NCBI GenBank assembly: GCA_024276825.1
Contig: JAJRWI010000042.1
Coordinates: 68,463 to 132,462, forward strand
Source: an archaeon
GTDB lineage: Archaea > Asgardarchaeota > Thorarchaeia > Thorarchaeales > Thorarchaeaceae
Length of the DNA stretch: 64,000 bases
Reading direction: 5' to 3'
Shown here: piece after piece, positions 58,710 through 64,000 of the stretch
Position numbering within the stretch: position 1 is the stretch's first letter
Layout of the letters: every line of letters starts with the position of its first letter
Made by a program: the position numbers and the translations under genes
The notes under the pieces: model-generated
The model's database searches: none
The model's input: only the letters and a program-made list of their open reading frames with translations
Told to the model about the DNA's origin: nothing

Positions 58710-60353
58710 ATGTTTGATGTTGTAGTGATTGGTGGTGGTAGCACAGGCACAGCAGTTGCCAGGGATTGTGCAATGAGAGGACTAAAAACGCTCTTAATTG
58801 AGAGGGATGACATCGCTTCAGCCACAGTAGGCACATGCGCAGGGATGATCTCATCAGGCTTGAAATACATGGACGAACCCGAGATAGTTGACTTGTGTTC
58901 TCAGGAGGTTGTCTACTTCAACAAGATAGCCAGGCACATCATTATGAAGAACCCAATCTTGACACCTATCTTTGGGATGAGTGACTTGTCATCGGGAGGA
59001 AACTTTGCTGAGGAATACTCTAAGCGAGCTGCAAAAAGGCAAGTGCCACCAGTGCTGTTCCTCACGCCTGAGGATTCGCTAAAGATAGAACCAATGTTGA
59101 ATCCAGATCTTATTGCAAGTCTATATTTTGAGGAGTATTTCATCAACCCCTTCAGACTCTGCATTCTGCAAGCGCAAGATGCAAGTGTCCATGGTGCAGA
59201 GATCAGGACATATTGTGAGGTTGTAGACATCAGGCTCTCAAACAATGAGGTCAAGAGTGTCGTGTTCTATGACAGAGTTTCTGGAAAGAAGGAAGAGGTT
59301 AGTACTAGAATCATCGTCAATGCAACAGGACCGTGGGCTGAGAGGATAGCTGGCCTAGCAGGCACCAATGTTGAACTTCGGCTGAATAAGGGGGCACATG
59401 TCATCCTTGACAGGCGTGTTGTGAATGTGGGGGTCATTGCAAAGGCGGTTGATGGCCGAATGATCTACTTGTTCCCACACGAGAGCACTGTACTCCTTGG
59501 AACTACTGCGATTGACACTTGGGAGGACCCGGACACACTTGTCACATCGCACGATGAGATAGAGTATCTATTGAAGAGCATGGAGTGGGTTGTGCCATCA
59601 ATTCGTAAGGCCCGGATAATCAGGACCATGGAGGGCGTGAGACCTCTTATCGCAGAATGGAAGATTCCAGAGGGGGAGGTCACACGAGGCTACAAGATAA
59701 TCGATCATTCGGATGAGGGGGTTTCAGGACTCTTGAGTTTTACAGGGGGCAAGCTTGTGATGTGCAGACGGATGGCTGAGGATGTGACCGATGTCATTTG
59801 TAAGAAACTTGATATTCAAGCTACCTGTGAAACCCATATCAGGCCCCTTCCAGGTAATGATAGTGACATTGACGTTGTCAGTCTTGCTAAGGAATATAAG
59901 GTCTCACAGCATGTGGTTGAGAGAATGCGAACAAGAAGAGGCACGAAGACAAGAGATGTGCTTGAACTTGTGAGAGATCATCCTGAGTGGAGAACAACAA
60001 TCTGTGTCTGTGAGCCAGTGATTGAGGCAGAGATCAGGTACTCTATCAGGAATGAATATCCGCGAACAATCAACGACCTGAGAAGAAGGCTGAGAGTGGG
60101 CACTGGGCCTTGCCAGGGGACTAATTGCACATACAAGATCGCAGCAATACTTTCAGAGGAATTGAATCTTGGTATTGCAGAAACCCTAATTGAAATGACA
60201 AGATTTCTGTCAGAACGATGGAAAGGCAAAAGGCCCCCATTTAGAGGAGATCTTCTTGCACAGGAAGAACTTGTGCAAGCAATATATTCGTGCGTGGGAA
60301 ACCTCGATAGGGAGGCAATCCATGAGCCAAATCCTTGGGAGGAGGGACTCTGA
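58710..60353 (+). CDS. glpA: Anaerobic glycerol-3-phosphate dehydrogenase subunit A
   Basis: VIGGG.TG..ARD.A.RG, NATGPW, GVRPL, GGK, C-terminal C.CE...G.G.CQG..C. Confidence 0.92.
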   Translation: MFDVVVIGGGSTGTAVARDCAMRGLKTLLIERDDIASATVGTCAGMISSGLKYMDEPEIVDLCSQEVVYFNKIARHIIMKNPILTPIFGMSDLSSGGNFAEEYSKRAAKRQVPPVLFLTPEDSLKIEPMLNPDLIASLYFEEYFINPFRLCILQAQDASVHGAEIRTYCEVVDIRLSNNEVKSVVFYDRVSGKKEEVSTRIIVNATGPWAERIAGLAGTNVELRLNKGAHVILDRRVVNVGVIAKAVDGRMIYLFPHESTVLLGTTAIDTWEDPDTLVTSHDEIEYLLKSMEWVVPSIRKARIIRTMEGVRPLIAEWKIPEGEVTRGYKIIDHSDEGVSGLLSFTGGKLVMCRRMAEDVTDVICKKLDIQATCETHIRPLPGNDSDIDVVSLAKEYKVSQHVVERMRTRRGTKTRDVLELVRDHPEWRTTICVCEPVIEAEIRYSIRNEYPRTINDLRRRLRVGTGPCQGTNCTYKIAAILSEELNLGIAETLIEMTRFLSERWKGKRPPFRGDLLAQEELVQAIYSCVGNLDREAIHEPNPWEEGL

Positions 60354-61715
60354 GTGGATCTTGAGCCAGATGTTCTTGTGATTGGTGGGGGTATGGCAGG
60401 ACTAGTAGCTGGAACAGTGGCTGCCCAAGATGGCCTGGATGTGCTATTAATCAGGCGAGGTCAAGGCAGCACCGCAATGTCCTCAGGGGCCATTGACATC
60501 TGCGGATATATGAGGGGAGCGACAGTTCACTTTGAATCACCCATAGAGGCCATTCAAACAATCACTAGAGTTCATCCACTGCATCCCTATAGCATAATTG
60601 CTTATGATGAAGGGGGCATTGTACCCGAGAAAAGCATCAAGTACATTAAGGATGCAACCAACTGGTTGAAAAAGCAACTAGCGAGGAGTATAGCAGCCAT
60701 CGAGGGGGATCTCAGTAGAAACCTCATGCAATTGACTCAGATAGGGACAACTAAGCCCACATGCTTTGTTCAAGGGAGTATGGTCCACCCGGGTCTGTAC
60801 GATAACGATAGCAGACCACTTTTCGTGGGCATAAGAGGGCATTCGGACTTTAATGCTGCAATTACCGCAAACACATTCCTACAGTACAGGATGGACATCG
60901 ATATGGCTCCAAGAATTGTTTTGAATGAGATGATCGACCTTTCGCCTCATGGACGACATCACAATATTGCATCAATTGAGATTGCCCGCTTTCTTGACAC
61001 AGAGGAGGGGTTGGAAAAAATAACGAGTATTTTGAAGAATGAGGTGAAGAGAACTGGTGCAACTCATGTTGTACTTCCTGCGGTATTGGGAATTGAGAGA
61101 GCCATTGACAACGCAAAACATCTAAGCAAGGAAACTCAGGCAACAGTATTTGAGACCTTGGCATTTCCACCATCAGTGCCAGGGCTCAGGCTGCAGATGG
61201 CTTTGGACAGGATCTTTCAGGCAAGCGGAGGCACTCTAATACTTGGTCATAAAGCGGTTTCAGGAGTCTTCAAAGGTGAAACGCTAGTCGAAGTAAAGGC
61301 AAGTGGGCCCAAGAGGAAGATCAGTATCAGGCCTAAGGCCGCCGTTCTGGCGACTGGCAAGTTCATATCAGAGGGATTACTGGGATCCCAAAAGGGTGTC
61401 AGGGAACCACTGTTTGGTTTAGTGACCGTCACTGGAGAATTCTATGATGCAAGCGAGGAGTATCCAAGAAGACATACCAGACCCATACCATTCACAAATA
61501 GGGGGCATGATATATTTCAGTTTGGAGTGCCTGTCGATGAAAACTTAAGGCCAGTTGATTATAATGGCAGGGCCAAGGCGGAAAACCTGTTCGCCGCAGG
61601 AGCCATAATTGCAGGCTATGACTTTTCTTCAGAGAAGAGTGGACTGGGGGTTGCATTGACCACTGGTTATGTTGCAGGAGAAAAAGTGATCAGGAATATC
61701 AGGAGTGACATCTGA
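60354..61715 (+). CDS. glpB: Anaerobic glycerol-3-phosphate dehydrogenase subunit B
   Basis: IGGG.AG, SSGAID, PPSVPG.RL, LATG.F...GL, NLFAAG, G.GVA..TG. Confidence 0.92.
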   Translation: MDLEPDVLVIGGGMAGLVAGTVAAQDGLDVLLIRRGQGSTAMSSGAIDICGYMRGATVHFESPIEAIQTITRVHPLHPYSIIAYDEGGIVPEKSIKYIKDATNWLKKQLARSIAAIEGDLSRNLMQLTQIGTTKPTCFVQGSMVHPGLYDNDSRPLFVGIRGHSDFNAAITANTFLQYRMDIDMAPRIVLNEMIDLSPHGRHHNIASIEIARFLDTEEGLEKITSILKNEVKRTGATHVVLPAVLGIERAIDNAKHLSKETQATVFETLAFPPSVPGLRLQMALDRIFQASGGTLILGHKAVSGVFKGETLVEVKASGPKRKISIRPKAAVLATGKFISEGLLGSQKGVREPLFGLVTVTGEFYDASEEYPRRHTRPIPFTNRGHDIFQFGVPVDENLRPVDYNGRAKAENLFAAGAIIAGYDFSSEKSGLGVALTTGYVAGEKVIRNIRSDI

Positions 61716-62957
61716 ATGAGTGAAGAAGAAGCCTATGAGTTTGTAATGAATACCCTTAGAAAGGAAGCAATTGTCCCATTGGATCACGAAGAGATTGATA
61801 TTGTCAGGTCCATTGAGAAGTGCATGAATTGTGGATCCTGCATTAATCTATGCCCAGTCGTTGCCGCAGTGGGCATGGACACCTTTAGTGGACCTAGAAG
61901 CATAGCAATCGAACTGAGTAGATCAACTCCTGAGTTCTGGACATCTGCAAACATGATATTTCTTTGTACAGGATGCGGGACATGTCGTGAGAACTGCCCT
62001 CATGACGTTGACATTCCCATGATAGTGAATCTGCTCCGCTGGGTCATCTATAAGCAAAGGCCAGAGCTTATTCCAAAGCAATTGCTTGAAGTTCAGAATA
62101 GATTAGAGAAACACTCCCTTGCTTTTGAGCCTTGGGAAGACATCGAAGACAAGAATGAGAGTCGTGATGTGCGCATAGAGCAACTTGGCATCCCCTTCGT
62201 TAAAGATCGCAAGGGAGTCAAGGCAGAGGTCCTATTTTATCCTGGATGCCAAGCTGAGGAACGCGCTCAAGAGGTTAGAGAAGCAGCCAAATACATTCTA
62301 GTCCGCTTGGAGGTGGATTATTGCCTTCTGAGTGAGATGAGCTGTTGCGGGCTGCCAGCCAGATTATCAGGGGCAAAAGAACTAGCGAGAGATCTAGAGA
62401 AGAAACTCATCAGTAAGATCAAAGAAACAGGTGCGAAAAAAATAGTCACGACCTGTGCTGGATGCACATCAAGCCTTAGCGAGATAATAGAAAACTCGGG
62501 TGTTAATGTAAAGGTATATCATATTATCGAGTATTTGATGGAAGAGGTCGATGAGGCAAAGCTGAAACTTCTCTTCGAGAGGGGCAGGGGGACATCAGAG
62601 AGCACAATCACGATTCATGATCCATGTCATTTGATTCGACATACATCCAGGATGATCATGTATTATGCATCAATAATCCTACGCATGATTCCCGGGGTGT
62701 CAATCAAGCCATCGTCCGCTTTTGATTCATGTTGTGGAGGTGGTGGGATGGTTGGATATCACTCACCACATGTGGCATCAAGAGTCACCGAAGTGAATGT
62801 GAAAGCGATAGAAAGGACAGGGGCTGAACGGGTCGTCACCCCATGTCCCCTCTGCACAACCCAACTGGAGAATGAGCTCTTCAGAAGCAATGTTGTGGTT
62901 GATGTCGATGACTTCACAGTCTTCATTGCACAGCAAATCGCAAGGGGAGAGAGATAG
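61716..62957 (+). CDS. glpC: GlpC/HdrD-like Fe-S (CCG-domain) subunit
   Basis: Two C..C..C...CP ferredoxin motifs and two CCG domains. Confidence 0.85.
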   Translation: MSEEEAYEFVMNTLRKEAIVPLDHEEIDIVRSIEKCMNCGSCINLCPVVAAVGMDTFSGPRSIAIELSRSTPEFWTSANMIFLCTGCGTCRENCPHDVDIPMIVNLLRWVIYKQRPELIPKQLLEVQNRLEKHSLAFEPWEDIEDKNESRDVRIEQLGIPFVKDRKGVKAEVLFYPGCQAEERAQEVREAAKYILVRLEVDYCLLSEMSCCGLPARLSGAKELARDLEKKLISKIKETGAKKIVTTCAGCTSSLSEIIENSGVNVKVYHIIEYLMEEVDEAKLKLLFERGRGTSESTITIHDPCHLIRHTSRMIMYYASIILRMIPGVSIKPSSAFDSCCGGGGMVGYHSPHVASRVTEVNVKAIERTGAERVVTPCPLCTTQLENELFRSNVVVDVDDFTVFIAQQIARGER

Positions 62958-62959
62958 TA

Positions 62960-64000
62960 ATGGATTCCAAGAGAAAACAAGAGATAGCAGAGAAAGTTGC
63001 AAATGTTGTTGGCCCTGATAACATCACTGTACAGGAGACCGATGCCATTCTAAATGCTCATGATGCTTGGCCATTGAGTCAGGCAAAGATACGCGCGGGA
63101 GAGATCCTCCCACTTGCAGATTTTGTCGTGTTTCCAGCATCAGCCGAAGAAGTTTCAGACGTGCTTAAGATCGCTAACGAGTACTGTATCCCCGTCACAC
63201 CAGTAGGCGGTGGTGCAGGGACCTGTGGCGGAACCTTGCCAATCTATGGGGGCATTCAACTTGATCTCAAGAGGATGGACAAGATACTCTGGATTGACCA
63301 TGAGTCTATGTTGGTAAGGGTGCAGGCGGGTGTGGTGGGCATTGATCTTGAAGAGTATGTGAATAGATTCGGGTATACGACAGGACATACACCAACTTCC
63401 TTGAGGGCATCTAATGTCGGTGGGTTCATTGCAACGCGGTCAGGAGGCTCAATGTCATCGCTCTACGGAAAGATAGAGGACATGACTCTTGGTCTGCAGG
63501 TTGTCATTCCAGACGGCTCAATCATAGACTTGAAGGCCATTCCAAGACATTCAGTAGGGCCAGACCTGCGCCAACTGTTCATAGGTTCGGAGGGCACTCT
63601 GGGAGTCATCACCGAAGCAACATTGCGACTGTTTCAGATGCCTGAAGAGAGACACTTCAGGAGTGTGTCATTCCCCGATGTTCACAACGGACTTGAGGCG
63701 ATCAGACTGATATTCAGAAGAGGGATAACGCCAGCAGTGGTCAGACTATATGACCCCGAAGACACAGCAATGCACATTGGTCAATACTTTGATGTTGAAG
63801 AGGGGCATTGTATGCTATTATTGGTGTTTGATGGAGACAAAGATTCTGTCAAATATCAAGAGGAGCGGTCTTTGGAGATTTGCTTCTCTTGTGGTGGAAA
63901 GGACTTTGGAGAGGGCCCTGCAAAGAGGTGGTGGGAGCATCGCTATGACATGTACTACCCGAGCAAGTTGCTGACTGCGGGCTATTCTATTGGAGACACG
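62960..64000 (+). CDS. FAD-linked oxidoreductase, alkyl-dihydroxyacetone-phosphate synthase-like (runs off the window)
   Basis: Not in the ORF track; translates MDSKRKQ...VVFP....V...GGG...LDLKRM...QAG...GYTTGHTPTSLRASNVGGFIATR...YGKIEDM...GPDL...GSEGTLGVITEATL...PAVVRLYD. Confidence 0.88.
   Translation, partial: MDSKRKQEIAEKVANVVGPDNITVQETDAILNAHDAWPLSQAKIRAGEILPLADFVVFPASAEEVSDVLKIANEYCIPVTPVGGGAGTCGGTLPIYGGIQLDLKRMDKILWIDHESMLVRVQAGVVGIDLEEYVNRFGYTTGHTPTSLRASNVGGFIATRSGGSMSSLYGKIEDMTLGLQVVIPDGSIIDLKAIPRHSVGPDLRQLFIGSEGTLGVITEATLRLFQMPEERHFRSVSFPDVHNGLEAIRLIFRRGITPAVVRLYDPEDTAMHIGQYFDVEEGHCMLLLVFDGDKDSVKYQEERSLEICFSCGGKDFGEGPAKRWWEHRYDMYYPSKLLTAGYSIGDT

Overview
Gene-dense archaeal chromosomal segment, most consistent with an Asgard archaeon (Thorarchaeia-like). 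This placement is inferred from the Asgard-type longin protein, 7TM protein, PAC2/PDCD5 genes, thiolase-DUF35 pair, GGTGA/GGAG ribosome-binding sites and frequent TTG/GTG starts. Housekeeping and metabolic content: TlpA/CcdA, IMPase, Mrp/ApbC, PGI/PMI, a peptide ABC transporter (circularly permuted binding protein, two paralogous OppC permeases), stomatin/NfeD, a COG2403 ATPase, PaaK-like ligase, RsmB, ALDH, radical SAM, thiolase/DUF35/crotonase, and an FGGY kinase-glpABC-alkyl-DHAP-synthase-like operon. Most notable: (1) a 188-aa protein with the eukaryotic E2F/DP architecture (RRxYD winged helix plus coiled coil); (2) a family of ~210-230 bp MITE-like elements with ~52 bp terminal inverted repeats (four copies); (3) two tandem hairpin sRNA candidates with anti-SD-like loops; (4) a presenilin-like GxGD protease; (5) an AT-rich decaying islet with a secreted CHAT/caspase-fold protease and a prenyltransferase-repeat protein; (6) an amidohydrolase-CDC48N-vWA-like fusion; (7) a poly-A tract that frameshifts the signal peptide of a 1730-aa surface protein. 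No rRNA, tRNA, CRISPR array or transposase was recognised. All family calls come from reading motifs by eye, not from database searches.
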